DNA of 61,928 nt, the filler included. It is 16 parts of 16 records of this genome, joined end to end, with 100 filler letters (N's around TTAATTAATTAA, not from the genome) between each part and the next. Parts side by side here need not be neighbours in the genome. Positions count along the whole stretch, not along the records: positions 9,259 to 15,834 come from SRR11831580_272; positions 15,935 to 20,582 come from SRR11831580_273; positions 20,683 to 22,734 come from SRR11831580_286; positions 22,835 to 25,607 come from SRR11831580_295; 12 more parts are not named here. One strand, given 5' to 3'. Position 1 is the first letter of the stretch, and every line of letters starts with the position of its first letter. Of this stretch, positions 11,248 through 24,761 are shown one piece after another. Under the pieces are notes generated by a model. It made no database searches. It was not told where the DNA came from and saw only the letters and a program-made list of their open reading frames with translations. Both the position numbers and the translations under genes were made by a program.

Positions 11248-13485
11248 GTGGACTGGCTTCTTGATGTTTTTGCTACCTGGCTCTACGGCTTAAAAGTAAT
11301 CGCGATAACGTTAGCGGTCATCATGTTCATCAGCGGGCTGGACGATTTTTTTATTGATGTCGTCTACTGGGTACGCCGCATTAAACGCAAGTTGAGTGTT
11401 TATCGCCGCTACCCGCGAATGAGTTACCGCGAACTGTATAAACCAGATGAAAAACCGTTAGCGATTATGGTTCCGGCGTGGAATGAAACGGGCGTCATCG
11501 GCAATATGGCCGAGCTGGCGGCGACCACGCTCGACTACGAAAACTATCATATCTTTGTTGGCACCTACCCCAACGACCCCGATACTCAGCGTGATGTTGA
11601 CGAAGTGTGCGCTCGCTTCCCGAATGTGCATAAGGTAGTCTGCGCGCGTCCTGGCCCCACCAGCAAAGCCGACTGTCTGAACAACGTGCTGGACGCCATC
11701 ACCCAATTTGAGCGTAGCGCCAATTTCGCTTTTGCTGGTTTTATTCTGCATGACGCCGAAGATGTGATTTCACCGATGGAATTGCGTCTGTTCAACTATC
11801 TGGTCGAGCGTAAAGATCTGATTCAGATCCCGGTGTATCCGTTCGAACGCGAATGGACGCACTTCACCAGCATGACTTACATTGATGAGTTTTCAGAGCT
11901 GCATGGCAAAGATGTTCCGGTGCGTGAAGCCCTCGCCGGACAAGTGCCCAGCGCAGGCGTCGGCACCTGTTTCAGCCGCCGCGCCGTGACCGCACTGTTA
12001 GCTGACGGTGACGGTATTGCTTTCGACGTGCAGAGTCTTACTGAAGATTACGACATTGGCTTCCGCCTGAAAGAAAAAGGTATGACGGAAATTTTTGTCC
12101 GTTTTCCGGTGGTGGACGAAGCCAAAGAACGCGAGCAGCGTAAATTTTTACAGCACGCGCGGACATCAAACATGATCTGCGTGCGCGAATATTTCCCCGA
12201 TACCTTTTCGACTGCGGTTCGACAAAAATCCCGCTGGATCATCGGCATTGTTTTCCAAGGCTTTAAAACCCATAAATGGACCTCCAGCCTGACGCTGAAC
12301 TACTTTCTCTGGCGCGACCGCAAAGGGGCAATCAGTAACTTTGTCAGCTTCCTCGCGATGCTGGTGATGATCCAGCTTTTGCTGTTGCTGGCGTATGAAA
12401 GTTTGTGGCCCGATGCCTGGCATTTCCTTTCTATTTTCAGCGGCAGCGCATGGTTAATGACCCTGCTGTGGCTAAACTTTGGTTTGATGGTTAACCGCAT
12501 CGTGCAGCGGGTGATTTTCGTTACTGGCTACTACGGCCTGACGCAGGGGCTGCTTTCCGTCCTGCGTCTTTTCTGGGGCAACCTGATTAACTTCATGGCC
12601 AACTGGCGCGCGCTAAAACAGGTACTTCAACACGGCGATCCACGTCGCGTGGCGTGGGATAAAACAACGCATGACTTCCCCAGCGTGACTGGCGATACCC
12701 GCTCGTTGCGCCCGTTAGGTCAAATTCTGCTGGAAAATCAGGTCATCACTGAAGAACAACTCGATACAGCACTGCGTAATCGCGTCGAAGGTCTACGCCT
12801 GGGCGGTTCAATGCTGATGCAGGGGCTGATTAGCGCCGAGCAGCTGGCACAGGCGCTGGCAGAGCAAAACGGCGTGGCGTGGGAATCCATCGATGCCTGG
12901 CAGATCCCTTCCTCGCTGATTGCCGAAATGCCGGCCTCCGTGGCGCTGCATTATGCGGTACTGCCGCTGCGTCTGGAAAATGACGAGTTAATTGTCGGCA
13001 GTGAAGATGGTATTGACCCGGTTTCGCTGGCGGCCCTGACGCGTAAAGTCGGACGCAAAGTGCGTTACGTCATTGTTCTGCGGGGACAAATTGTCACAGG
13101 GTTACGTCACTGGTATGCACGCCGACGCGGTCACGATCCGCGGGCAATGTTGTACAATGCGGTTCAGCATCAGTGGCTCACGGAACAGCAGGCCGGTGAA
13201 ATCTGGCGGCAATATGTGCCGCATCAGTTCCTGTTCGCCGAAATACTGACCACGCTCGGTCATATTAATCGTTCAGCAATTAACGTGTTGTTATTGCGCC
13301 ATGAACGCAGTTCTCTGCCGCTCGGCAAGTTTTTGGTCACCGAAGGCGTTATCAGCCAGGAAACGTTGGATCGCGTCCTGACAATTCAACGCGAATTACA
13401 AGTTTCGATGCAATCACTATTACTCAAAGCAGGTTTAAACACAGAACAGGTTGCGCAACTGGAGTCCGAAAATGAAGGAGAATAA
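11248..13485 (+). CDS. nfrB: Phage N4 adsorption protein B, c-di-GMP-activated GT2 glycosyltransferase
   Basis: 745 aa, GTG start; GT2 motifs TED and QKSRW; MshEN-like repeats RPLGQILLENQVI and RLGGSMLMQGLI. Confidence 0.96.
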   Translation: MDWLLDVFATWLYGLKVIAITLAVIMFISGLDDFFIDVVYWVRRIKRKLSVYRRYPRMSYRELYKPDEKPLAIMVPAWNETGVIGNMAELAATTLDYENYHIFVGTYPNDPDTQRDVDEVCARFPNVHKVVCARPGPTSKADCLNNVLDAITQFERSANFAFAGFILHDAEDVISPMELRLFNYLVERKDLIQIPVYPFEREWTHFTSMTYIDEFSELHGKDVPVREALAGQVPSAGVGTCFSRRAVTALLADGDGIAFDVQSLTEDYDIGFRLKEKGMTEIFVRFPVVDEAKEREQRKFLQHARTSNMICVREYFPDTFSTAVRQKSRWIIGIVFQGFKTHKWTSSLTLNYFLWRDRKGAISNFVSFLAMLVMIQLLLLLAYESLWPDAWHFLSIFSGSAWLMTLLWLNFGLMVNRIVQRVIFVTGYYGLTQGLLSVLRLFWGNLINFMANWRALKQVLQHGDPRRVAWDKTTHDFPSVTGDTRSLRPLGQILLENQVITEEQLDTALRNRVEGLRLGGSMLMQGLISAEQLAQALAEQNGVAWESIDAWQIPSSLIAEMPASVALHYAVLPLRLENDELIVGSEDGIDPVSLAALTRKVGRKVRYVIVLRGQIVTGLRHWYARRRGHDPRAMLYNAVQHQWLTEQQAGEIWRQYVPHQFLFAEILTTLGHINRSAINVLLLRHERSSLPLGKFLVTEGVISQETLDRVLTIQRELQVSMQSLLLKAGLNTEQVAQLESENEGE

Positions 13486-15834
13486 CCTTAATCGCGTCAT
13501 CGGATGGTCTGGTTTACTGCTGACGTCTTTATTGAGTACCAGCGCACTCGCAGACAATATCGGCACCAGCGCAGAAGAGCTGGGGCTGAGCGATTATCGC
13601 CATTTTGTTATTTATCCCCGTCTCGATAAAGCGCTGAAGGCACAGAAAAATAACGACGAAGCAACCGCCATCCGCGAATTTGAATATATACACCAGCAGG
13701 TGCCGGATAATATTCCGCTGACTTTATACCTTGCGGAAGCCTATCGCCATTTTGGTCATGATGACCGGGCGCGGCTGTTGCTTGAGGATCAACTGAAACG
13801 TCACCCAGGAGATGCCCGACTTGAGCGCAGTCTGGCGGCTATTCCGGTTGAAGTGAAAAGCGTTACGACAGTTGAAGAACTGCTTGCCCAGCAAAAAGCG
13901 TGCGATGCTGCGCCGACCCTGCGTTGTCGCAGTGAAGTCGGGCAGAATGCCCTGCGGCTGGCACAGTTACCTGTCGCCAGAGCGCAACTGAACGATGCGA
14001 CGTTTGCTGCATCGCCGGAAGGAAAAACGCTGCGAACCGATCTGCTGCAACGGGCAATCTACCTGAAACAATGGTCCCAGGCAGATACGCTATACAATGA
14101 AGCACGCCAGCAGAACACATTAAGCGCGGCAGAACGCCGTCAGTGGTTTGACGTGCTTCTTGCCGGGCAGCTGGACGATCGGATCCTGGCACTGCAATCA
14201 CAGGGGATCTTCACCGATCCTCAGTCATATATTACTTACGCGACCGCGCTGGCTTATCGTGGCGAAAAAGCACGCCTCCAGCATTATCTCATTGAAAATA
14301 AGCCACTATTTACCACGGACGCACAAGAGAAAAGTTGGCTCTATCTGTTATCTAAATACAGCGCTAACCCCGTTCAGGCGTTGGCGAATTATACGGTACA
14401 GTTTGCCGACAACCGCCAGTATGTTGTTGGCGCGACGCTACCGGTGCTGTTAAAAGAAGGTCAGTACGACGCAGCGCAAAAACTGCTCGCCACCCTCCCC
14501 GCCAATGAAATGCTTGAGGAGCGTTATGCTGTCAGCGTGGCGACCCGTAACAAGGCTGAAGCTCTGCGTCTGGCACGATTGCTGTATCAGCAAGAACCGG
14601 CAAATCTTACCCGCCTGGATCAACTAACCTGGCAACTGATGCAGAACGAGCAGTCACGCGAAGCTGCCGATTTATTGCTGCAACGCTATCCTTTCCAGGG
14701 CGATGCGCGTGTCAGCCAGACTTTAATGGCGCGACTGGCGTCTCTGCTGGAAAGTCATCCTTACCTGGCAACGCCGGCGAAGGTGGCGATTTTATCGAAA
14801 CCCTTACCGCTGGCGGAGCAACGTCAGTGGCAAAGTCAGTTGCCGGGTATTGCAGATAATTGCCCGGCAATAGTTCGCTTGCTGGGCGATATGTCGCCTT
14901 CCTACGATGCCGCCGCCTGGAACCGTCTGGCAAAGTGTTATCGGGACACGCTACCCGGTGTGGCGTTGTATGCATGGCTTCAGGCCGAACAACGACAACC
15001 GAGCGCCTGGCAACATCGTGCGGTAGCCTATCAGGCGTATCAGGTTGAGGACTACGCCACCGCACTGGCGGCCTGGCAGAAAATCAGTCTTCACGACATG
15101 AGCAATGAGGATCTGCTTGCTGCTGCCAATACCGCCCAGGCGGCAGGAAATGGTGCGGCTCGCGATCGCTGGCTACAACAGGCAGAAAAACGTGGACTGG
15201 GAAGCAATGCCCTCTACTGGTGGCTGCATGCGCAACGTTACATTCCTGGTCAGCCGGAACTCGCACTGAACGATCTCACGCGCTCAATCAATATTGCGCC
15301 TTCTGCCAACGCTTACGTTGCGCGGGCGACAATTTATCGCCAACGTCATAATGTCCCGGCCGCGGTGAGTGATTTGCGCGCCGCGCTGGAACTGGAACCG
15401 AATAATAGCAACACCCAGGCAGCGCTTGGTTACGCCTTGTGGGATAGCGGTGATATCGCACAGTCGCGGGAAATGCTCGAACCGGCGCATAAAGGGCTTC
15501 CGGACGATCCGGCACTGATCCGACAACTGGCCTACGTGAACCAGCGTCTGGATGACATGCCTGCGACGCAGCACTACGCCCGGCTGGTGATTGATGACAT
15601 TGATAATCAGGCGCTGATAACCCCACTGACCCCAGAACAAAATCAACAACGCTTCAATTTCCGCCGTTTGCATGAGGAGGTCGGTCGCCGCTGGACGTTC
15701 AGTTTCGATTCTTCCATCGGCTTGCGTTCCGGCGCAATGAGTACCGCTAACAATAATGTCGGCGGCGCAGCGCCAGGGAAAAGCTATCGTAGCTACGGAC
15801 AACTGGAAGCCGAGTACCGCATCGGACGCAATAT
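13472..15834 (+). CDS. nfrA: Phage N4 receptor outer-membrane TPR protein, N-terminal part
   Basis: MKENNLNRVIGWSGLL signal peptide; TPR-like helical repeats; overlaps the nfrB stop. Confidence 0.95.
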
Positions 15835-15934
15835 NNNNNNNNNNNNNNNNNNNNNNNNNNNNNNNNNNNNNNNNNNNNTTAATTAATTAANNNNNNNNNN
15901 NNNNNNNNNNNNNNNNNNNNNNNNNNNNNNNNNN

Positions 15935-15969
15935 AGGCACGATAAGACGCGACAGCGTCGCATCGGGCA
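15935..15969. repeat. REP element (partial, at contig end)
   Basis: aggcacGATAAGACGCGACAGCGTCGCATCgggca matches the REP palindrome pattern. Confidence 0.8.
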
Positions 15970-16030
15970 TGGTTTGCCAGATACGTCATAGATCTAAATG
16001 CCACTGAATAACAGTTTAGTTGCCGTTCTT

Positions 16031-16056
16031 CCCGCCTGTCAGGGGCGGGTTTTTTT
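16031..16056. terminator. Hairpin terminator downstream of fre
   Basis: CCCGCC-tgtcagg-GGCGGG followed by TTTTTTT. Confidence 0.7.
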
Positions 16057-16061
16057 ATATC

Positions 16062-16763
16062 TCAGATAAATGCAAACGCATCGCCAAACAGGCGATCTTC
16101 CCGCGCATTACGCTCACTGCAAAACAGATCGCGGGCAATTTTCGCCATCTCAAAACGTCCGGCAATATAGATATCATGCTCTGCCAGCGTACCGTGATCC
16201 TGCAATACCGCCGTTAACACGGTGCCAGTACGCCCACGCCAGCCCGCTTCCGGTTGTTCAACCACCGGCACCACTTGCAGACCAGGATGCTTCAACGAAA
16301 GCGCCTCAAGCTCGCAGAGATCATACAGATGCTGCTCTTCACGCCCGCCCCAGTAAATGGTGATATCACGGTTTGGGTTACGCGCCAACGCTGTCAGCAA
16401 AATCGAGCGGGCATAAGAGAACCCGGTGCCGCCCGCAATCAAAATCATCGGACGCTCTTCATCATCGCGCAGCCACGCTTCTCCGTGGGGAATGTCGACC
16501 ACGATTTGATGATCTTTGAGGATGCGGTCCATGACTGCTTTCGCGTAAAGGTTGATTTCAGAAGCGCCAATATGCAGCTCGATAAACCCTTTTTCATCCG
16601 GCGTCGAAGCCATTGAGAACGGACGTTTGTCGCGCTCATCCATCACTACCATCAAATACTGACCAGCACGAAAAGAAAAGGCCGCGTCTGGCACGATGCG
16701 GACACGATATACGGTATCCGTGATAGCTTCTACCGAGGTCACTTTACAGCTTAAGGTTGTCAT
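16062..16763 (-). CDS. fre: NAD(P)H-flavin reductase
   Basis: 233 aa from [23 protein letters not shown] and IAGGTG motifs. Confidence 0.97.
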
Positions 16764-16808
16764 GCGCTTTCTCTGTCGGATCGATAAATAGGGCAAAACA
16801 AACGCGCA

Positions 16809-18302
16809 TCAGGCGCTTTTACCGTTGTTAAAAATAGCCAGTTCATCCCAGATGGCGTCAATATGCGCGACAACATCTGGATCTTTTTTGATGGGACGTC
16901 CCCATTCACGCTGGGTTTCCCCCGGCCATTTATTCGTGGCATCCAGCCCCATTTTTGAACCCAGCCCGGAGACAGGCGAGGCAAAATCCAGATAATCAAT
17001 AGGCGTATTTTCTACCAGAACAGTATCCCGCGCCGGGTCCATACGGGTGGTAATCGCCCAAATCACATCGTTCCAGTCGCGTGCGTTAACGTCATCATCG
17101 CAAACGATCACAAATTTAGTGTACATAAACTGGCGTAAGAACGACCAGACGCCCATCATGACGCGCTTCGCGTGTCCGGCGTACTGTTTTTTGATTGTCA
17201 CTACCGCCAGGCGATAAGAGCAGCCTTCCGGCGGCAGGTAAAAATCGACAATTTCCGGGAACTGTTTTTGCAGAATCGGCACAAACACTTCGTTCAGTGC
17301 GACACCCAGCACCGCGGGCTCATCTGGCGGACGCCCGGTATAGGTGGAATGGTAAATCGCATCTTCACGCTGGGTAATATGCGTCACGGTAAATACCGGG
17401 AAACTATCGACTTCATTATAGTAACCGGTGTGGTCGCCATACGGCCCTTCCGGCGCAGTTTCGCCTTGTTCGATATACCCTTCCAGCACAATCTCCGCAC
17501 TGGCGGGCACTTCAAGATCATTGGAGATACACTTCACCACTTCGGTCTTGGTGCCACGTAGCAATCCGGCAAACGCATACTCTGAAAGCGTATCCGGAAC
17601 GGGAGTGACTGCACCGAGAATCGTGGCGGGATCGGCACCCAGCGCCACAGAAACCGGGAAACGTTCGCCCGGATGCGCCGCACACCACTCCTGATAATCC
17701 AGCGCGCCGCCGCGATGCGACAGCCAGCGCATAATCAGTTTGTTTTTACCAATCAGCTGCTGGCGATAAATGCCCAGATTCTGCCGCTCTTTATGTGGGC
17801 CGCGCGTCACTGTCAGCCCCCAGGTAATCAGCGGCGCGGCATCTTCCGGCCAGCAGGTCATAATGGGAATGCGATTGAGATCGACGTCATCGCCAGAGAC
17901 GATTTTTTGTTGGCAGGGCGCACCACGCAGCCGCTTTGTCGGCATGTTCAATACTTGCTTAAACTGCGGCAGTTTATCAAACAGGTCGCGGAAACCTTTT
18001 GGCGGCTCCGGCTCTTTCAGAAACGCCAATAATTTACCAACTTCACGCAGCGCCGAAACATCTTCCTGCCCCATGCCCATCGCCACGCGCTTTGGCGTAC
18101 CGAACAGGTTGCACAGCACCGGCATTGAGTAGCCTTTAGGGTTTTCGAACAACAGCGCAGGCCCACCGGCACGCAAAGTGCGGTCAGCAATTTCAGTGAT
18201 TTCCAGATGCGGATCCACCGGGAGCGTGATACGTTTTAGCTCACCCTGCTGTTCAAGCAGCGTCAAGAAGTCGCGTAAATCGTTATATTTCATGGCGTCC
18301 AT
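16809..18302 (-). CDS. ubiD: 3-octaprenyl-4-hydroxybenzoate decarboxylase
   Basis: 497 aa, [11 protein letters not shown] motif. Confidence 0.97.
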   Translation of the reverse strand: MDAMKYNDLRDFLTLLEQQGELKRITLPVDPHLEITEIADRTLRAGGPALLFENPKGYSMPVLCNLFGTPKRVAMGMGQEDVSALREVGKLLAFLKEPEPPKGFRDLFDKLPQFKQVLNMPTKRLRGAPCQQKIVSGDDVDLNRIPIMTCWPEDAAPLITWGLTVTRGPHKERQNLGIYRQQLIGKNKLIMRWLSHRGGALDYQEWCAAHPGERFPVSVALGADPATILGAVTPVPDTLSEYAFAGLLRGTKTEVVKCISNDLEVPASAEIVLEGYIEQGETAPEGPYGDHTGYYNEVDSFPVFTVTHITQREDAIYHSTYTGRPPDEPAVLGVALNEVFVPILQKQFPEIVDFYLPPEGCSYRLAVVTIKKQYAGHAKRVMMGVWSFLRQFMYTKFVIVCDDDVNARDWNDVIWAITTRMDPARDTVLVENTPIDYLDFASPVSGLGSKMGLDATNKWPGETQREWGRPIKKDPDVVAHIDAIWDELAIFNNGKSA

Positions 18303-18423
18303 TGTAGCCTCTTAATCTGCGCCCATTATACGGCGTTCATCTTTGCGATGCTGTAAATTTGTTAAATTAGCGTGAACTCTGACGGTATAACGCAAACCGG
18401 GGAATATAATTAACTTAGCGTAA

Positions 18424-19736
<1,313 letters not shown>

Positions 19737-19777
19737 CCTGTACTCCATATGACAACCGCCCTGACGGGCGGTTGAAT

Positions 19778-20554
19778 TTATTCTTCAGTTTTTTCGCTTT
19801 CTGCTTCAGCGTCGTTTTCCTCTTCCCGATTTCGCCCTTTACCAACGTAAAAGCGTGAGAAGAAGACACCGATTTCAAACAGACAGTACATCGGGATCGC
19901 CAACAGCGTTTGCGAGAAGACATCCGGCGGCGTCAGCAACATCCCGACAACGAATGCACCAACCAGCACATACGGGCGTTTTTTGCGTAAGTCTTCTGGC
20001 GAGGTAATCCCCATCCAGCACAGCAGCACAATTGCTACCGGCACTTCAAAGGAGACACCAAACGCCATAAACAGCGCCATAACGAAGCTTAAATAGCTGG
20101 CGATGTCGGTGGATACCTGCACCCCTTCCGGCGCGGTATTGGCAAGGAAGCCAAATGCCAGCGGAAAGACCACAAAGTAGGCGAATGCCATGCCGATATA
20201 AAACAGCAGAGAGCTGGAAACCAGCAGCGGCACCACCAGGCGACGTTCATGCTTATACAGCGCTGGGGCGATAAATGCCCACACCTGATAGAGAATCACC
20301 GGCGCTGACAGAATCAGCGACACCATAAAGGTCAGCTTGATCGGCGTAAAGAACGGCGAGGCCACGTCGGTGGCGATCATCGTTGAACCTTGCGGCAACT
20401 GCTTGATCAATGGCGCGGATACCAGGTGATAGATGTCATTGGCGAAATAGACCAGACACAGGAATATCACGATCACCGCGATAATGCAGTTCAGCAGACG
20501 CTTACGCAGCTCAATCAGATGCGTGATAAGCGGTTGAGTATCTTCTACAGACAT
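19778..20554 (-). CDS. tatC: Twin-arginine translocase subunit C
   Basis: 258 aa, [20 protein letters not shown]. Confidence 0.98.
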
Positions 20555-20556
20555 GT

Positions 20557-20582
20557 TTACGGTTTATCACTCGACGAAGGGA
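20557..20582 (-). CDS. tatB: TatB, last codons only
   Basis: ...PSSSDKP* immediately upstream of tatC. Confidence 0.8.
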
Positions 20583-20682
20583 NNNNNNNNNNNNNNNNNN
20601 NNNNNNNNNNNNNNNNNNNNNNNNNNTTAATTAATTAANNNNNNNNNNNNNNNNNNNNNNNNNNNNNNNNNNNNNNNNNNNN

Positions 20683-20734
20683 CAACCTTAATGTAACATT
20701 TCCTTATTATTAAAGATCAGCTAATTCTTTGTTT
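20683..20734 (-). CRISPR. Cas2-proximal part of the type I-E CRISPR leader; no repeats in the window
   Basis: AT-rich AAACAAAGAATTAGCTGATCTTTAATAATAAGGAAATGTTACATTAAGGTTG directly after the cas2 stop; the contig breaks before the array. Confidence 0.7.
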
Positions 20735-21938
<1,204 letters not shown>

Positions 21939-21953
21939 TTTATTACACCTCAA

Positions 21954-22553
21954 TCACAGTGGAGCCAAAGATAGCAAGCCACATCCCATCGATTTAGCTG
22001 GCCCAATACCTTGCTGTACAAGATCTATTAACGCTGGCGCGTCGTTGATGGTGAGCACACCTTCAAAGCAAACCGTTTGGATCTTTCCACTTTTACCATC
22101 ACCAGAAAAATACTGTGGCCGTTCCGATATGGGATGCACATCTTCAACGCGCGCCGCATTGCCCAATTTACGTTGCAACCACGCGATTTGTTCTGCTTCT
22201 TTTATTAACGGAACCCGACAGCGTTTAATATTCCCTTTACTGTCCAGGCGCTTTTGATTGTCGAGAATAGTTTTGATCGGATTTGCCCGAAGCCGAAAAT
22301 AGAGTGGAACACCAACCTGAAGTTGAAATTCAACCTGTTTAGTTTTAATGACTGTCGCAACGGCAGTTGAAACAGGCATTTGCGCTGACTGCAATAAAAC
22401 ATGACAGCCTTCTGGTGTGTTTCGCTTCTCAACATGAAAAAGAAAATCACGAGCAGCATCCGGTCTGTTTGGAAATAAATGCCATAATCCCTGGTGAAGT
22501 TGGTAAAGATCCCTGCTCCAGGCCCTGGCAATGATGACTTTACTGAGATACAT
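21954..22553 (-). CDS. casE: Type I-E crRNA endoribonuclease Cas6e
   Basis: 199 aa; YQLHQ; Gly-rich loop GIGPAKSMGCGLL. Confidence 0.97.
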   Translation of the reverse strand: MYLSKVIIARAWSRDLYQLHQGLWHLFPNRPDAARDFLFHVEKRNTPEGCHVLLQSAQMPVSTAVATVIKTKQVEFQLQVGVPLYFRLRANPIKTILDNQKRLDSKGNIKRCRVPLIKEAEQIAWLQRKLGNAARVEDVHPISERPQYFSGDGKSGKIQTVCFEGVLTINDAPALIDLVQQGIGPAKSMGCGLLSLAPL

Positions 22554-22734
22554 CCATACCTCCTTTAATCACATACCATTCTCGGGAAGCAAATTGTCGA
22601 GGCAAGGTGATCATCGGTTCGTCGCGCGCCGTAAATTTTAAATGATGCCCTGTAACTGATTCCTCACTATATATATCGCCGCCAACGGGCTCATAATTTA
22701 ATAGCGCCTTCTGAGGATCCGATGCCTGACATGT
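22540..22734 (-). CDS. casD: Type I-E Cas5, C-terminal part
   Basis: ...RDEPMITLPRQFASREWYVIKGGMDVSQ* overlapping the casE start. Confidence 0.9.
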   Translation of the reverse strand, partial: TCQASDPQKALLNYEPVGGDIYSEESVTGHHLKFTARDEPMITLPRQFASREWYVIKGGMDVSQ

Positions 22735-22834
22735 NNNNNNNNNNNNNNNNNNNNNNNNNNNNNNNNNNNNNNNNNNNNTTAATTAATTAANNNNNNNNNN
22801 NNNNNNNNNNNNNNNNNNNNNNNNNNNNNNNNNN

Positions 22835-22858
22835 TTTCCCCGCTTATTCGCACCTTCC
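22835..22858. mobile_element. Terminal inverted repeat of IS5; CTAA target at 22859-22862
   Basis: TTTCCCCGCTTATTCGCACCTTCC is the reverse complement of GGAAGGTGCGAATAAGCGGGGAAA (IS5 end), followed by a YTAR target; the contig breaks in the repeat. Confidence 0.88.
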
Positions 22859-23926
22859 CTAAATCAGGTCATACGCTTCGAGATACTTAACGCCAAACAC
22901 CAGCGAAATGAGCGGCTTGCCGACGATCAACACCGCGAGCGCCACCAGAATACCGATTCCGCCCGCCAGTAAACCGGACTTCACACCTAACAACCACGGT
23001 CTGGTGGTGCGCGGATCTAAACGCATCACCTCTGGGTAAAAACTTTTACCCAGCAAACCCGCTGGCGTTCCGGCGGCGTCGAAGAATGTCATGGCGATTT
23101 TAAATAACCCGGCGGCAGCGGGTCCTAACACGATCCCCACCAACACTGTGCTGCACGAGTTACGCGCCGACCAGATGGAGTGGGCAATGTTGGTTGACCA
23201 GACAAAACTCCACGCGCCTTTAATGTATCGGGCAGACTCAAACAGATTCAATTTGAAGGCGTTATGGATATTTCGGCGGCGTAATTCGCGCGCGGCAAAC
23301 CACCAGTACATGGTGCCGCCAACCAGATTCGACACGTACCAGGCAATAACAAAACCCGCAAAACCAAAGTCAAAATACCAGGCTACGACGCTCCCCGCTG
23401 CGCGCAGAAAAGGTTTCGTCGCCTGCTGTACAGCAATTAAATCGAAGCGATCTACCGCACGCAGAATGCCGGTCGGCGTGGAGGAAGCCATTGAAGGAAT
23501 GAGCGTGCAATAGAGCGCTGCCAGCCAAAAACTTTGGTCATCCAGACCTAATGAATGGGAAAGGAATGGCAGTAAGGCAATGCCACCGACAATCACCACC
23601 GCGCCGCTGACGATATCCAGCGAGAAGGAAAATGAGACGACATTGCGGAATTGCTGCGGATTATTGTTGGTTAATGCTGGTGTTCCGTACTGAACCACCA
23701 GTTGCCATGTCTGAAACTTAATAAAATCGCTGATCGACTTGGCGTACGATTGCACAATCACCAGTACGCCAAACATGGCGGGCGTCATCCCTTTACCGGC
23801 ACACGAGAGCGCCAACAGACCCAGCAAGGCGCTCACGACATTACTGGAGCCTAACCAGGCGCTATTGCGAATAATGGTGCGAAACGCGCCATCTGCAAAC
23901 CAATGTTTGATGTTAAAACCCGCCAA
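22859..23926 (-). CDS. yghQ: Putative MOP/Wzx-like polysaccharide or lipid flippase; ends at the IS5 target and is probably C-terminally truncated
   Basis: 355 aa multi-TM protein, TTG start; stop TAG lies within the IS5 target tetramer. Confidence 0.88.
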   Translation of the reverse strand: MAGFNIKHWFADGAFRTIIRNSAWLGSSNVVSALLGLLALSCAGKGMTPAMFGVLVIVQSYAKSISDFIKFQTWQLVVQYGTPALTNNNPQQFRNVVSFSFSLDIVSGAVVIVGGIALLPFLSHSLGLDDQSFWLAALYCTLIPSMASSTPTGILRAVDRFDLIAVQQATKPFLRAAGSVVAWYFDFGFAGFVIAWYVSNLVGGTMYWWFAARELRRRNIHNAFKLNLFESARYIKGAWSFVWSTNIAHSIWSARNSCSTVLVGIVLGPAAAGLFKIAMTFFDAAGTPAGLLGKSFYPEVMRLDPRTTRPWLLGVKSGLLAGGIGILVALAVLIVGKPLISLVFGVKYLEAYDLI

Positions 23927-23971
23927 TTCAGCCTGACCTTATCGTTGATAGTAAAAAGTATCCCGCCAGCC

Positions 23972-24730
23972 TTAAGTTAAACTTCGGCGGTCAGAAACGA
24001 TGGCAACCAGAGAAACCGCCTTCTGTGCCTGTTCCAGCACTTCGCTGTAGGGCGCTCTGGAATCAATCTCAAGAATTTTTGTGCCGTTATAGCCAATCTT
24101 CGACATGACACCGATTTTGTCCTGCAGCTCGGCATAGTCATGGTCAGGCTTGCGGGAGATGGCAGTCTCAATATCAATGCCCAGGCGAATAATTAATTCC
24201 GGGCGATATTGCGCCATTTGTTGGTATAAACGCCGTTCGCGCTGCGCCAGAAACATGCTGATTTTCCCGGTCGCACGTTCGACGCCAATCCCCGGTCCAT
24301 CATAATAAAAGCCCGAAATTTCAGCCTGCGGGAAGCGATCGCTGACCACCAGAACGCCACTTTGCGCCAGTCGCTGAACCTTGCGTAGATTCGCCATTCT
24401 TCGCAGCGAGAAGCAGTACATAATCACCGCCGCCCATAGCGCCGGAGATTTGGTTTTCATGCTTTGGGTTTTCGAGGATTTGGCCGCCAGTCGCCGTTCC
24501 AGCCAGACGCCAACCAACGGCAATCGTTTGATTTTGTCGCCGTCTTCGCCGGAGAGCAGCCCCAGATAGCGCCGCTCGGTTTGCCAGTGTTGTTGCAGCG
24601 ATTTCACCAGGTCGGTGGTCAGTGTGGATTTACCGGTGCCATCACACCCGACCACCGCAATCAGCCCCGGAATGTAGTTGGGCTGCGGCGCGATTGTACT
24701 ATTAACAGTTTGAGTTTGTAGTGCATCCAT
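23972..24730 (-). CDS. yghR: Thymidylate-kinase-like P-loop protein
   Basis: 252 aa; GCDGTGKST Walker A; SDRF motif. Confidence 0.92.
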   Translation of the reverse strand: MDALQTQTVNSTIAPQPNYIPGLIAVVGCDGTGKSTLTTDLVKSLQQHWQTERRYLGLLSGEDGDKIKRLPLVGVWLERRLAAKSSKTQSMKTKSPALWAAVIMYCFSLRRMANLRKVQRLAQSGVLVVSDRFPQAEISGFYYDGPGIGVERATGKISMFLAQRERRLYQQMAQYRPELIIRLGIDIETAISRKPDHDYAELQDKIGVMSKIGYNGTKILEIDSRAPYSEVLEQAQKAVSLVAIVSDRRSLT

Positions 24731-24761
24731 TCGTTAAATCATCCCCTATCCATTTTGGTGA

